NCBI GenBank assembly: GCA_038087875.1
Contig: CM075977.1
Location: 82,522,001 to 82,586,000, forward strand
Length of the DNA: 64,000 nt
Direction of reading: 5' to 3'
Source of the DNA: Malacoraja senta
Taxonomy: Eukaryota
Below the pieces are notes generated by a model, which was not told the origin of the DNA, did not search any database, and saw only the letters and a program-made list of their open reading frames with translations. The translations under genes were made by a program, and so were the position numbers. Below are positions 13,985 to 27,400 of this stretch, piece by piece; the stretch's first letter is position 1; each line of letters begins with the position of its first letter.

Positions 13985-15150
13985 AAAATGCTGAAACATG
14001 CCCTTTGGCCCACCTTGTCTATGCTTGCCTAGTTGTCATACTATACTAGTTCCATTTGCCTGCATGTGGCCCATTGACATCTAAACCCTTATCCATATAT
14101 CTGTCCAAATGTCTTTTAAAAGTTATAATTATATCTGCTCCTATAGCTTCCTCTGACAGCTCATTCCAGAATCTGACTGGAAAAAGTTGCCCCTGAGGTC
14201 CCTCTTGAATCTCTCCATTTCACCTTAAATCCATAACATATGGCGTACCTACTTTTATACTCCATACTTCCCAAATTAAGGCAAGCATGCCAAACACCTT
14301 TAGCACTCTGCCCCCTGACCTGCTACTTTCAGAGAACCATTGTTAACTACACTATTAGTAAATCTGTTAACTGTATTAACCACATTTTTATTCAAATCAT
14401 TAATGGAGATAACAAACCGCTGTGGACCCAGCACTGACACTTACGGCCAAAGATACTAGAGCAGACTCTATGATCTTTGCATACGGCCATGAGTGGCCAG
14501 GGGCCTCCCTTCAGAAATCAACCCACCTCAACTACCTTTTGACTCCTCCTTTCAAGCCAATTTTGAATCAATTTGCTTAGCTCGCCTTGGACTCCATGTG
14601 ATCTAACATTCCAGATAAGCCAACCATGGAGGACCTTGTCAAAGGCCTTGACAACGTCCACTGCCCTGCCCTCATTAATCTCTTCAAAAACTCTGATTTG
14701 TGTGGCACGATTTGCCATGCACAAAGCTATGCTGACAATCCCTAATCAGTCCATGAAAGGCACAAAGTGCTGGAGTAACTCAGCGGGTCAGGCAGCATCA
14801 GTGGAGATGAATAAGAATTCAATAATAAGAATAAGATTTCCTTCCAACAACTTTCCCATCACTGATGTCTGGCTCACTGGTTTGTAATTCCTTGGCTTGT
14901 TCTTGCTGCCCTTAAGTAATGGTACAACATTAGCCACCCTCCAGCCTTCCAGAACTTAATCTGTGGTTAATGATTATGCAATATCTATGCAAGAACCTCT
15001 GTAATTTCATCCCTAGCTTCCCTCGGGGTCTAAGAATACACTAGGTCATGCCTGGGGATTTATCTATCTTAATGCACTTTAAAACCACAAATATCTCCTC
15101 TTTGATATTTAATGTTTATCCAAGACATCACAGCTCCTATACCTCAAATC
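13985..15150 (-). mobile_element. CR1-like LINE fragments, interrupted by a Penelope-derived arm at ~14757-14815
   Basis: RT peptide AVDVVKAFDKVLHGWLIWNVRSHGVQGELSKLIQNWLERRSQKVV and CR1 3' sequence; approximate limits. Confidence 0.7.
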
Positions 15151-15599
15151 CTTAGCTTTCATAATTTTCTCCTCCGTAATAAATAGATGGGAAGTATGTA
15201 TTTAATATCTCCCCCAATTGTTGTAGCTCCACACAAAAATATGCTGATATTTAAGAGGACCTATTCTTTCCCTAGAAGATTGCCACCGTTGATTTGTGGT
15301 CTGTGTTTACAGTTTACAGTGGCCTGTAAACCTGTAACTTCAGAAATCAGAAAATCTCCAGTTCGATGGTCAAGACCTCTTTTTAAATATGTGCAGTATT
15401 TTCAAAGAGATAAAAGGTATGTATATGCAAAAGTTAGCTCCATTACGTACATAGTGACCACATTACACGCCATAACTGGAGGCATCACATGATAGTTGTA
15501 ATGGTTAGCGTCATAATGGATCTGGAATGATTCATGACTAAAATTTACATATTTTATATTTCCTCTATTGCTCCAATTATGCTATTTGTTTATTAACTT

Positions 15600-17450
15600 G
15601 TGAAGGGGACTCACTGTGGTCGCCAAATTTGGTAACATTCTCAAGCAATTGTTAAGCATCATGAGGAAAGATTAAAGTTCTGTTGGCTCTCTTGCACCTA
15701 GTTTGGCACCTTTTCCCAAACAGATCTCTGAATGTACTTGCGATTCAGAATCCCAGATGGATAACTTTAGGCTGGAAAAATGCACACTAGTTCTGTTTCA
15801 GCTGAACATTCTACGTCGTAACTAGCTGAGAATTTAGTTGGGTTCTTTGAACATTAGTGGTCATTCTCTACAGCGTTGAGGCTTTCATCTTGATTGCACA
15901 ACCACTTCAGGATCCCTTATGTCATTTTATCCATTACAGATTGGGCTTTACTTTAGGGCTTACTTTGCCCCATATGGTAGCGTTTTGTAGAGGTAACAAC
16001 TCTTGTTAGTATTAATTGTCGGGTAATTCAGACTAAGTCCATGTTCAACTGCCTGTCAGTATGATTCAGGTGTGGCTTGTTGGAAGTACTAGTTGTCTCG
16101 AAACAAACTTTCAAGTTGGGCAAGAGATACTGCTCATCTAAAGGGTTCTTTTTAAGTAATGTTGTAAGCTGCACATTAATGCAGTTTTATCTGCCTTGGG
16201 GAATCATTAATGGGTTTGCCAAATTGCAGTCTTGAACCAACACCCCATTCTTTTCTAATTTGCTCCTCTTACAACTGCACCTAATTTGCTCTTCCTACAA
16301 CTGCACCTTAAATTAAGTGAACCAAGGTTAGCCACAAATAAATGGACTGGCTGCCAGGCAGATTTAATGTGAGCCTTGTACTCAACAATGCCACTGTGAG
16401 GTGGTGAAAATATAATCTGCCACACAGATGTACCCATGTTCCTTCTCTTCCCATTAGTTTCAACCCTTATCATCTATACACAGTAAATGGCCCAATTTGT
16501 AATCATATGTATTGTGTTTCTGCTGACTAGCACGCAACAAGCTTTTCATTGTACCTCGTACACGTGACAATAAACTAAATTAACCATCTTGATTAATTGG
16601 TCATAATCATTTATAGCTTCTGCTCCGTGTTCAGATTTTGCATGATATAACCCCAAGCATTTGCTGGACTTCCCCAGAATACTCCCACAAAGTTACACTG
16701 CAATTTTAAATAGAGTTGCACTGAGAATTAGTCGTGTAAGTCACAAACTACTATCAACCAATCCACAACTATACAATGTGTATCTTGCCCAGACAGCTGT
16801 TTAATCAAAACTACAATCTTGTAATCACAAAAATGCTGCAGGCCTGCATCCACAATAATGAATATAACAATCATTTTTGGGACATGAGTCACACCTCCAT
16901 TGCCTCTTACAACCAAGTCCTTGCTGGTGTTTGCCAATTTTCAGTTCTTGCAATGCATGATGTCGTGCCAGTGTGGCTTTTTATGATCGTGTGAGTTGAC
17001 ACTGTAGCTAAAGATGTGGTTGCTGCATTATGCCTTTTGCTTGCCAGTGCCTGCACTCAAATCACCGCACAAGCAAAACTGTAACGTGTTCTTGAAAGTC
17101 TTATTCCAGTGGCCTATCTACATTCTTCATCAGGCATTAAGTCTTCCATGTTTAATTTTCCCATCAGCCAGTCTTCACACCAAACAATTAAGCAGGGCCT
17201 GATTTAAAAAGCTCTGGAAATTGCATATTTTTGCTGTTGTCTTTAACCTGATCCTGTATTCATCAACAATTTCCTCGAGTTCCTGGTTGCACATCACATT
17301 TGTCACCAACAACATCAACTTCATCTTCACTTTTGGCCAGGTAACCCAGTTCTTTGTCTTTTCCTGGGAACTTGACAATATCATTTGCCCTCAGATGTAC
17401 AGGGCTAATGGTTGCGTCTTAATTGTATCTCTTGAGTTGACCAACGTATC
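15600..17450 (-). mobile_element. Old, heavily degraded Gypsy LTR retrotransposon internal region
   Basis: Gag-like CNQELEEIVDEYRIRLKTTAKICNFQSFLNQALLNCLV*RLADGKIK (cf. Gypsy gag 'EY..RLK.LA..CNFG.FL..ALRDRLVCGL'), followed by a knuckle remnant (ECRHWQAKG). Boundaries uncertain and no LTRs found. Confidence 0.5.
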
Positions 17451-20337
17451 TGTTGCGTTCACCATGAGCCATCATCAATGCCATACTTGGAGATACCTGT
17501 TCTCTATTAACTTCACATTGGATCACTGTCTTGCTGATCAATCAAGCACCAAAATCCCAAAACCCAAGCCACCAGTGTCCAAATGCTCTTCAGTGTTGCT
17601 GCATAATAGGGTAAATAATAAGATAACACTAAAGGGAAAACATTTTTTATTGAAGACATCCAGGACTCTACTAACAGCAAGGGGTGGTACAATAATGTAT
17701 CAAACTTCATACCAAGTGGTACACTAATTCCTAAATTTACAACATGTTCACACTCTGCATTAACAGTGTGAACAAGCAAGGCACACAGGTGTATCTTTGA
17801 GAAAACTCAGTTCTTCACTCTTTGCAGACACATATTTTATGGTGTGTTTATAACCAGAGTACCGGCCCCATAGCAGAAGCGTCCACGTCGCGGGGCTGGA
17901 AACGAAGCATCCCGAGCTAATTCTGCTACCACCATCATCTATCGCAACAAGTGATGGCTCCCACTGATTGTCGCTGTAAGCTTGCGTCCTTTTCAGGATG
18001 GATGATGACAGCGATGTCAACATTTGAAACATGGAAGATGGACACGAAAGAAGAAGAAGACCAGAGTACCAAACCCGAAAACAATACTGAATGTTGTAAA
18101 TCTAAAAAAAATGCCAGAAATAATTAATAGATATATGTAAACAGTGTTATTGGAGAGTCATTTTGAAGAAACATTGAAACACAAATATTTTTACCTTTTT
18201 ATATTTTCATGCCATTTCCTTGTGGATTAATATTATTTGGATAAAATGTACCAAAACTGTCTTTGAGGATCAGAGTCTTTGAAGATCAAGAACTCAGATT
18301 TGATGGCAAGATTCATGAGCAACAACGATCCTTGACTTTCTACACACTTCTGAGATCTGGACTATTTGAACCTGATATTATAATGCACTGGAAAGATTCC
18401 CAAAGCAAACACTTTATTCCAAGCTCTGTCATGGGAAGAGATTACCAGGCTATCAGAAGAAAAGATTCATTAATTCAACGGTTTCTTGAAAATGATGTAA
18501 TATTTCCACTGACTGGTGGGAACCCTCAGATCATGACATCTCAAAATGGAAGAACATTCAATTATTGAAAACTTTAAGTCCATGCATCAGGAACACAGTG
18601 CATAAAGACTGAAAGCAGTACATCACCTTGAGTATTACCTAAGAGAAGATGAGGAGAAACAAAAAACATATATATTTTTCATTACAATAAAAACACTGAA
18701 AGTACTTTAACAAAACCTTACTTTTCTCTTCTGCCTTTCATATGGTGTGAATGTGTCTAATCCATGACAATATTATTCATTCATTTCAAAGTATAGTTTA
18801 TTCCTTTTTATCTTATTGGCCTTACTTCACCCATTACTTGTAAAATCATAGAATAATTATGGCCTAGAAGAAAGTAGTTGGGTCCTCCAAATGTAGCTGG
18901 CCTCCATTAGAATGTACAGATACAGAATGGAAATAGGCTCTTCAGCTGACCAAGTCTGCACTGACTCAAGCACCAATTTTTCCAATAATTCTTTCCTAAT
19001 TCATTTTATTCTCCACAAATTCCTGTGAGATGGAGAGAATTCAAAAGGATAAGAAAACTGACAAGGAATCTATTTGTCCATATACTGCAGTTCCGCCCCA
19101 GGTTATAGCGGGGGGTGGGGTTTGTTGCTTTTTTTGTATGGTGTATGGTAATTCAAATTTCACTGTACCTTAATTGGTACATGTGACAACAAACTGACCT
19201 TGAAAGTATAGGATACTGATTAGAAGATGAAACCTTAAATGACTGAGGGTGGGATAACTAGTGTCAACGTAGATCAAGAGTAATTTTTTTGTTACATTTG
19301 TTAAATACAGGAAGGAAAAATTGCACAGGCTCAACAAGATGCATTCTAAGATACCATTAGTGTTCAATGAGTAAATTGCAGATTCCATAAATCATATTAC
19401 AGGACTCTATTTTGTGTGCCTGCATAATGTCTGTGTAATGAAGGACTTTAGTGCAGCCTATGATTAATAGAGGTGCTTTGTTGTGTTTGCTCATGTTAAA
19501 GGAATTATAATTGCAAGTTTCTGTTCATTGTTTTGAGAAGAAAACATAGAAAGCAAAAATCTGCAGATGTTGGATATCAGAAATAGAAGAAAAATGTGAA
19601 ATTGCTGCAGGCCTTTGGAGAATGTTCAATTGGCTTCTGTGTGTTTCTTGTAATTTCTATTTTTACTAATGGCAATACTTTGGCTTAATAATACTGTAAA
19701 AATAGCTAATAGAATTCTAGGTTTCATTTCTAGAGATACAAATATACATGGAATTGATATGCCAACGTGAAAATTCAACAAGAATTAGCGTGGATGCAGT
19801 GATGTAGAAGCTTACTGGTAGAAAAGTACAGAACCTTCAGAAAGAGTGTAACAGATTCGTTATGATGTTGTCCACTTTGACTATTTGAAAAATTGAACCT
19901 ATTTTTAAAGTAACATATTTTGTGTCATGTTATTAAAAAGTGCCTAAAAATATGAAAGAACAACAGTTAATGGAAATAAACTGTTTCTGTTAATCAATAA
20001 ATTGATAACTTGAGTTTGCAGATAAATGGTTGAGGACCAGGAATTCCATTGCAAAGTGTTGTGTATTTCAGCATCACTAGATTAAAATTGCACTTTTCAT
20101 GGCTTGCGAGATAATTGTTTCTAGATAATTTCACATTGCCCTTTAAATTTGAGCAAGCATTTCTAGGGGCTGTGTCATTCTCCATCGATTGCAGCATACT
20201 CTGCTTGTGTAATTATGCAGAATCTGCATTCCCTTTTGGAACATTACAGGAGAAATGGGATCACATGGTCCCGAGATCGATTTATCACAACTCACAACAA
20301 CGTTGTATTCATAAGATAGACACAAAATGCTGAAGTA

Positions 20338-22644
20338 GAGCTAATAGGACTTGATGTTTCAATCCCTGTAATAAGTCGGCACTCTTGCTATTTGCAGTGG
20401 GATTGGAGTGGTGAAAGGTAGGGTAGGTACATCATCGGGGTCATCAGGTGGGCACCCTCCTTCTTTGACATTTCATTGATAAGCCCACAACATCTCCAGA
20501 GGGCTCAACGGTGATACCTGGCGTCCCAGTTACAACCCCCTCAATTCCATACCCTCCTGTCTTCATTTTGCAGCCCAATTGTTATCTCTCCTTTTGATCC
20601 AAATCCAATTGCTGATTTTTTTCTGCAGAATTTGTTAATGATTTGCTTGCTTGTTGGAGGGAGCGACCCCTCACCCCCATTTTCTTAATAGCCTGGTCAT
20701 AGATGTAGCAACAAATCCCCTGCATCCCACTTCGAAAGGGAAAATCTTGGTCTTCCAGCCATTCTGGGCAGCTTCAGTTGCCAGTTCAGAGTACTTGGTC
20801 TTTTTCCTCTCATAAGCTTCTTCAACACCATCTTCCCATGGAACTGTCAATTCCACAACGTATGCCAACTTGGCTGTTGTGGACCACAGGACCATGTCTG
20901 GCCGGTGTGTTGTAGCCACAATGTCTGGGGAAAACACAAGCTTTATTTTTTTCTGTCCACTTCCATTTTCCAATCCCGTGCAGGCTGCAGAATGCTTGCA
21001 TCCTTTCATGTTATCTGGTGCTCGGGAGGTTGGCCTGCTGGTACAAATGCTGTGAAGTGGACATTTCCTGCCGATGTTTGTGGGGAAGCATTGTGATCTT
21101 ACGCCTCTGTTCCAGGATTGATGCCAGCTGTCTGAGAACTTGGTTATGCCGCCAAGTGTAACGCCCTTGGCTGAGGCTCATAGTGCATCCTGTTAAAATG
21201 TGCCTTAGTGATGCAGGTGCCTGGCAAAGGGAGCAAGTAGGGTCTTCTCCGAACCACTGCTTCAGGTTCTGGGGTGATGGTAGAACATCATAAGTGGCTC
21301 TGATGACCAAACTTAGCCGAGATCCTTCCATTTGCCAGATGTCACGCCAGCTGAGTTTTCTCTTTTCCAGGCTCTCCCAGTTAGTCCATTGGCCCTGCTT
21401 GGCCATTGATATGGCCTTGGCGTGTCGCTCTGCCTCCTCCCGTCTTCTCACCTCCTTCACCACGAGCTGTCTCTTCTGCACTGATGTTGCCTTGTGCCAT
21501 TGAGGAGCTTTTGGAATGAGCCCGAGCCCGGCTCTCCCGTGTTGGACTTGGCCAACCATATCCCAGAAATGAAGAGCAGACTTAGCACTCTGAACGGCTT
21601 CAGATGGGGCCCACTTCCTCCCCGTTGCCACACGGGGGGCCGCTGTTCGAATAACAGTATCTTCAGATTCAGTAAGGGTCATGACCAACCTTGCTTTAGT
21701 GCATTTGAACTCTTCCACAAGTCCTGCAATGGGTAATTCCAATTTGCCACTCCCATACAGTCCGACAGCACTTGAGCATCGTGGAAGTCCAAGCCACTAT
21801 TTCACATGTGTGCTGATCATTCTTTCCAACTTTTCCCCTTTGTTGATGGGGATTTCATACATAGTTAAAGGCCACATGATTCTTGGTAGTATGCCAAATT
21901 GGAAGCACCACAGCTTGAATTTTCCTGGTAACAAGGTCTTGTTCATGCGTGCTATGAGCATGATGGTATCCTTTTTGAGTTGTTCAAACTGCTCGGTGTC
22001 CTTGAGCTTTGCATCATACCATCGGCCCAAATTCTTCACTGGCATTTCTGAAACAGTTGGAACAGGTATACCGTCAATATGAAATCTTTGATCCTTGACT
22101 TGACCTTTGACAATGGAGATGCTTCTGCACTTGCTGGGTTTAATCTTCATCCTTGCCCATGTGATGTTTTGATGAAGTCTCTTGGTGCAGGGGATAGTTG
22201 TTAGTGTTGTAATATCGTCCATATAGGCTCATATAGGTGGCAATCGCTGACCACACTAGCTGTTTTCCTCCCACAACCCATTTTGATGCTCTGATAATAA
22301 GCTCCATTGCCATAGTGAAGGTCAATGGGGAGATGGTGCACCCTGCCATGATGCCTACTTCCAGTGGTGGCTGTGGTAAAGTCTGATGTTGTGAGACAAA
22401 ATAGCTAATTCTGGAAGTAGTTTTTTTTCTAGATTTGTTATTACTGCAGGCACCTGAAAGAATTCAAAAGCAGTCCACAGTAGCGAATGAGGAACTGATC
22501 CATAGGCGTTGGCCAGGTCGAGGAACAAGACATGCAGATTCGTTCGTTCTTTCTTAGCAGTCTGGATTTGATGCCATATGATGCTGGTATGTTCAAGGCA
22601 TCCCGCGAAGCGTGCTATGCCAGCCTTTTGGATTGACGTATCAA
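20338..22644 (-). mobile_element. 5'-truncated HERO-like non-LTR retrotransposon (RT + CCHC + restriction-like endonuclease), frameshifted
   Basis: RT motifs FLDLANAYGSVPH, MAGCTISP, YMDD; CSLC...HILTGC...RYTWRHNQVL; RLE motif RPDMVLWS...VELTVPWE...RKKTKY. 7-bp TSD TGAAGTA at 20331-20337 and 22645-22651. Confidence 0.85.
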
Positions 22645-22855
22645 TGAAGTAACTCAGCGGCTCGAGCTGCATCATTGAGGAAAAAAATGGATAGGTGACA
22701 TTTCGGGTCAGGACTCTTCTTCTGAAGAAGGGGTCCTGACCTGAAACTTCACCTATCCATTTTCTCCAGAGATGCTGCCTGACCCGCTGAGTTACTCCAG
22801 CACTTTTTGTTTATCTGTGGTTTAAAGCAGCATCTGCAGTTCCTCACTGCACAAG
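22645..22855. mobile_element. Penelope-derived fold-back mini-element (left tip displaced to 20312-20337 by the HERO insertion)
   Basis: aagatagacacaaaatgctgaagta at 20313-20337 continues as aactcagcgg... at 22651; opposed hammerhead-like motifs at ~22693-22753. Confidence 0.8.
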
Positions 22856-22999
22856 ATTATATATGAATTGGGAGCTGCCCCTCAAGCCTGTGTGGAATTT
22901 ACTTAGATCATGGTAAACAGATTATGGTTTGAACTCTGCATCCACAATAACCTTTCATCCCTTGTTTATCATGTATCCAATTAAGGTTTAAAAATATTC

Positions 23000-23850
23000 T
23001 AAGATTCTGCTTCTACTGGCCTTTAAGATCAAACACTAATGACCTTTTTAAGAGGAAAAAATAGCCTTTTCTCTAAAATAGGCAACTCTTTATTTTTAAA
23101 CTATGACTCCTAGCTCTAGTTTCTCTCACAATAAGAAACATCTTCTCCAGATGCATTCTGTCAAAACCCCTCAAGATGTTATAATTCTGTTTCAAAATAG
23201 CTCTCACTCTTCAGAAATCCAGTGCCTATGTGCTTAACTTGTCCTAACTTTCCTTGTGTAGTAACCCCACCTATTTCAGTTATAATTTGGAAAACATTTT
23301 CTGAACTGATTCCAATACATTAACATCCTTCCTTAAAAATGGGATCACTACGATATACATCTGGAGTAATATGTATAGTAGTGATCCCACACTGTATTCA
23401 GTTCCTCTTGCAATAAACAATAATATTCTGCTAGCTTTCCTAATGATTTGCACAACCTGCATACTTGTGTCTTGCGAAGTATGCACTTAGAAATGCAAAT
23501 CGTGGGCATTTCAGAGCTCTGCAATCTCTTGCTGTTTAGATAATGTTTTTATTTGATTTTTTTTCTGCTAAGATTTCATATTTCCCTCACTATGCTCCAT
23601 TTGCGAGATCTTTGCCTACTCACTTAACATCTCCATATCTTACATCCACTTTGCGGCTTACTGTACTAACTTTATTATTCAGTAACCATACTTTTAATAA
23701 CTTCATCCAAATAATTTATCTAAATAATAAAATGTGAAGGCACCAGCACTGATGCCTGTGACACATCATTCATTACATCTTGACTACCAGAAAATTATGT
23801 TAATACCTGAATTCTGCTTCCTGAGAGCCAGTCTTTTTTTTTTATCCGTC
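23000..23850 (-). mobile_element. Degraded CR1-like LINE fragment
   Basis: Peptide KASRILLFIARGTEY...RKDVNVLESVQKMF resembles the CR1 ORF2 C-terminus. Confidence 0.6.
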
Positions 23851-24202
23851 AAAATGTTACCTTCTAGACTGTGAACTTTTTTTTCCACATAATCATTGAA
23901 AAGGACTGCACATTATCAATCTTCAGGAAATCCTATTGTAGGACATTCACAAGTTACTATGTATCCCGACGAGATGCTAACTCAACAATTTTAAAATTTG
24001 AGTTCAATGTATTTTTTCAACTAAGTACATTAAAGGATTTGGCTCCAAGATGGAGAACAAAGTGGGATTTTGATTAAACCTATTCTCATTGAATCGCTGA
24101 GCAAGTTTGAGGTAATGAATAAATGTCCTTTGTTTTTTTGTGAAGCATGAAACACCATATCCAACATCTTTACAGTGAGCATAAACAATGTTTAACATGC
24201 AT

Positions 24203-24428
24203 TGTAGTGGCGCCACCTAGCGCACGCAGATATCGAACCCGGCGTTCGGAAGCCGCGGTCACGTGATCCGGGAGGGGCCGTTGTTTTCGTGCGGTTTTCC
24301 TTTGGCGCGAGTTAGTTCAGTGCTGACCACCGATGTGGCCAGACGTGTTTGACAAACCTGTGTACTGCAACTTACTTTCGAATAAAGTTATGGTTGAAAC
24401 TCCAGTAGTCGTTTCTCAAACCGCTAAA
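24203..24428 (+). repeat. 5' LTR (226 bp, TG...AA)
   Basis: Direct repeat of 28322-28548; AATAAA at 24381-24386; PBS follows after 1 nt. Confidence 0.93.
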
Positions 24429-24429
24429 T

Positions 24430-24442
24430 TGGTGACCCCGAC
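24430..24442 (+). other. Primer-binding site, tRNA-Trp type
   Basis: TGGTGACCCCGAC is complementary to the 3' end of vertebrate tRNA-Trp (...GUCGGGGUCACCA). Confidence 0.85.
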
Positions 24443-24471
24443 CTGTCTAGCCGTCGTTAGACAGAAGAATT

Positions 24472-27400
24472 ATGCAGGAAGAAGGTCCTTCTGCAGAATC
24501 AGCCAGCACGAGGCAAGGCTCACCAGCTTTCAAACTGCCCGCCTTTTGGACTGATCAACCTCAAGTGTGGTTTGCCCATGTGGAAGCGCAATTCCACCTT
24601 CATCGTATCGACCACGATGAGACCATGTATTTCCATGTGGTAGGAGCGTTACCGCAGGACTGTGCCTCGAGGCTGTTGCCCTTTATCAGAGACCCTCAGT
24701 CCAGCGGCAAGTACGAAGGGTTGAAGGCCCTGTTATCTCATGCTTACGGTCTGACCCGTAGAGACAGGGTGGCAAGACTGCTGCATATGGACTGCATCGG
24801 CGACCGAAGGCCATCGACGAACATGGCCAAGATGTTGGCCCTGATGGACGGGCATCGACCCTGCTTGCTTTTCGAACAGGCGTTCTTAGAGCAGATGCCC
24901 GACGAAGTGCAGCTGATGTTAACAGGAGCTGATTTCAGCGACCCGCAGCGGCTCGCGGAAAGAGCAGACAAGCTCTGGGCGCTCAGACGGCGGGACGTAC
25001 ATGCCGTCGCCCGCCACATGGTCACGCAACGGATGCAGCCACTCCGACAACGAGAGGAAGAGACTCAGCCCAGCATCGAAGACGATCTACACCCAACGGA
25101 GATGGTGCTACTACCATCAGCGATACGGGCTCAGAGCCCGAAGATGCCGAAGCCCTTGTTCATTTCCGGGAAACGCCTCCGCCGATCGTCCGTAGAGGCG
25201 AACGCGATCGGCCCCAACACACACCTCTTCGTCCGTGATCGCCATTCCGGCCACCGTTTCCTGGTAGATTCAGGTGCCCATGTCAGTATCCTGCCTCCAA
25301 ACACCCGGGACCTCCGTGCGGGTAAGGTGGGACCTGTCCTCTCGGCAGTAAACGGGAGCGATATTCGCACCTACGGTGCGCGGACCGCAAAACTAAATTT
25401 CGACTCCCACCAGTACAGGTGGAAATTTTTCGTTGCTGACGTCGCCCAACCAATCCTGGGCGCCGATTTCTTGCGCGTGTTCTCCCTGTTAGTCGATGTA
25501 CGGGGTGGTCAAATGATCTCTGCGTCGGGCCCACGCCCTGACACACCGCTCAACCCGTCAACGCCCTCGCAGCAACTATCCGAGGTAGCTGAGATCCAGA
25601 AACCTTTCACGACCCTGCTCGCCGATTTTCCAGGGTTGCTCACGTCCCAGTTCGACGGAGCCGCGCCCCGCCATGGCGTGGTCCATCACATTCCCACCGT
25701 GGGTCCGCCAGTGCACGCCCGCTCGAGCCGTCTCCCACCCGATAAACTGCGCATCGCACGAGACGAGTTCCAGCTCATGGAGGACATGGGAATTGTCCGG
25801 CGGTCGGATAGCCTCTGGGCTTCCCCGTTACACATGGTACCTAAAGCGTCCGGGGGTTGGAGGCCTTGCGGCGACTATCGACGTTTAAACGCAATAACCA
25901 CGGCCGACCGGTATCCAGTCCCAAACATTCAGGATTTCTCGGCCCATTTGGAAGGGGCGACCATCTTCTCGAAGGTCGACCTCATCTGCGGGTATAACCA
26001 AATCCCGGTCCACCCTGACGACATCCCTAAGACGGACACCATTACCCCGTTGGGCCTTTCCGAGTGGCTCAGAATGCCTTTTGGCCTGAAGAATGCAGCT
26101 CAGGCGTTCCAAAGGTTAATGGATCAGGTCGGCCGGGGTTTGCCTTTCGTTTTCATCTACCTGGATGACATCCTGGTGGCCAGCCGCTCGGAGGCAGAAC
26201 ATACCAAACACCTCCGCTTACTTTTCGAACGGCTGCACGAACACGGGTTGGTAATCAACCCCGGGAAGTGCCAGTTCGGGCTGCGCTCTATCTCGTTCTT
26301 AGGGCATAGTATCACTTCCCAGGGTGCGCAACCCCTGCCCGAGAAAGTCGACGCCATTCGGCAATTCCCCAGGCCATTGTCGATTAAGGGTCTACAGGAG
26401 TTTATCGGGATCGTTAACTTCTATCACCGTTTCGTCCCGTCAGCAGCCGCCATCATGCGGCTGCTATTCCAATGTCTGGTCGGTAAGCCAAAGGACCTAA
26501 TTTGGTCTAAGGAGGCACAGAAAGCTTTTGAAGGGGCCAAGACCGCATTGGCCAACGCCACTGTGCTAGTACACCCCAGGGCTTCAGCCCAAATGGCACT
26601 AACCGTAGACGCCTCCGATGTCGCGGTGGGGGCCGTCCTTGAGCAGCGGGTAGGCAGTCGCTGGGTGCTGCTGGCGTTTTTCAGCAGGCAACTGCGAGCC
26701 CCGGAAATTAAATACAGCGCTTTCGACAGGGAGCTCCTTACACTTTACCTAGCAATCCGCCATTTTCGCTATTTCCTAGAAGGGCGAGCTTTCACTGCGT
26801 TCACCAATCACAAGCCACTAACGTTCGCTTTGACCAAGGTTTCTGACCCATGGTCTGCTAGGCAGCAACGGCACCTTGCCTACATTTCAGAATTCACGTC
26901 TGATATTCGACATGTGGTAGGAAAGCTGAATGTCGTGGCCGACGCATTATCCCGTCCAGTGCTGCCCGAGGTCTCCGCGCTTAGTCTAGGTATCGATTAC
27001 CAGGAGTTGGCAGCTATGAGGATTTACCACAACAGTGAATCAGGGCTGAAGCTGGTTGTAGTGCCTTGTGGCGCCTCCGGCGCACGAGTCCTTTGTGGTG
27101 TTCCCACCGGTAAAGCCCGACCAATTGTCCCGGTCACTTGGCGACGCCGGATCTTCGATAGTTTAGAGCACCCGTCAATTCGCGCTACCTCTGCCCTAGT
27201 CGCAGCGAAGTTCGTCTGGCACGGCCTGAGGAAGCAAGTCGCTGCATGGGGCTCGTTCCTGTATCCCATGCCAGACCTCCAAAGTGCAGAGACATGTACA
27301 CCAACCGGTCCAGGATTTCGATGTCCCGGACTGCCGGTTCCTGCACATCCATGTAGACCTGGTAGGTCCCTTACCTTGTTCACGCGGGGCTACCCACTTG

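Noticed and set aside
20430-20500. Hammerhead in the HERO-like 3' UTR (minus-strand GAAA...CTGATGA)
   Set aside because: I could not form helices I-III around these core-like words.
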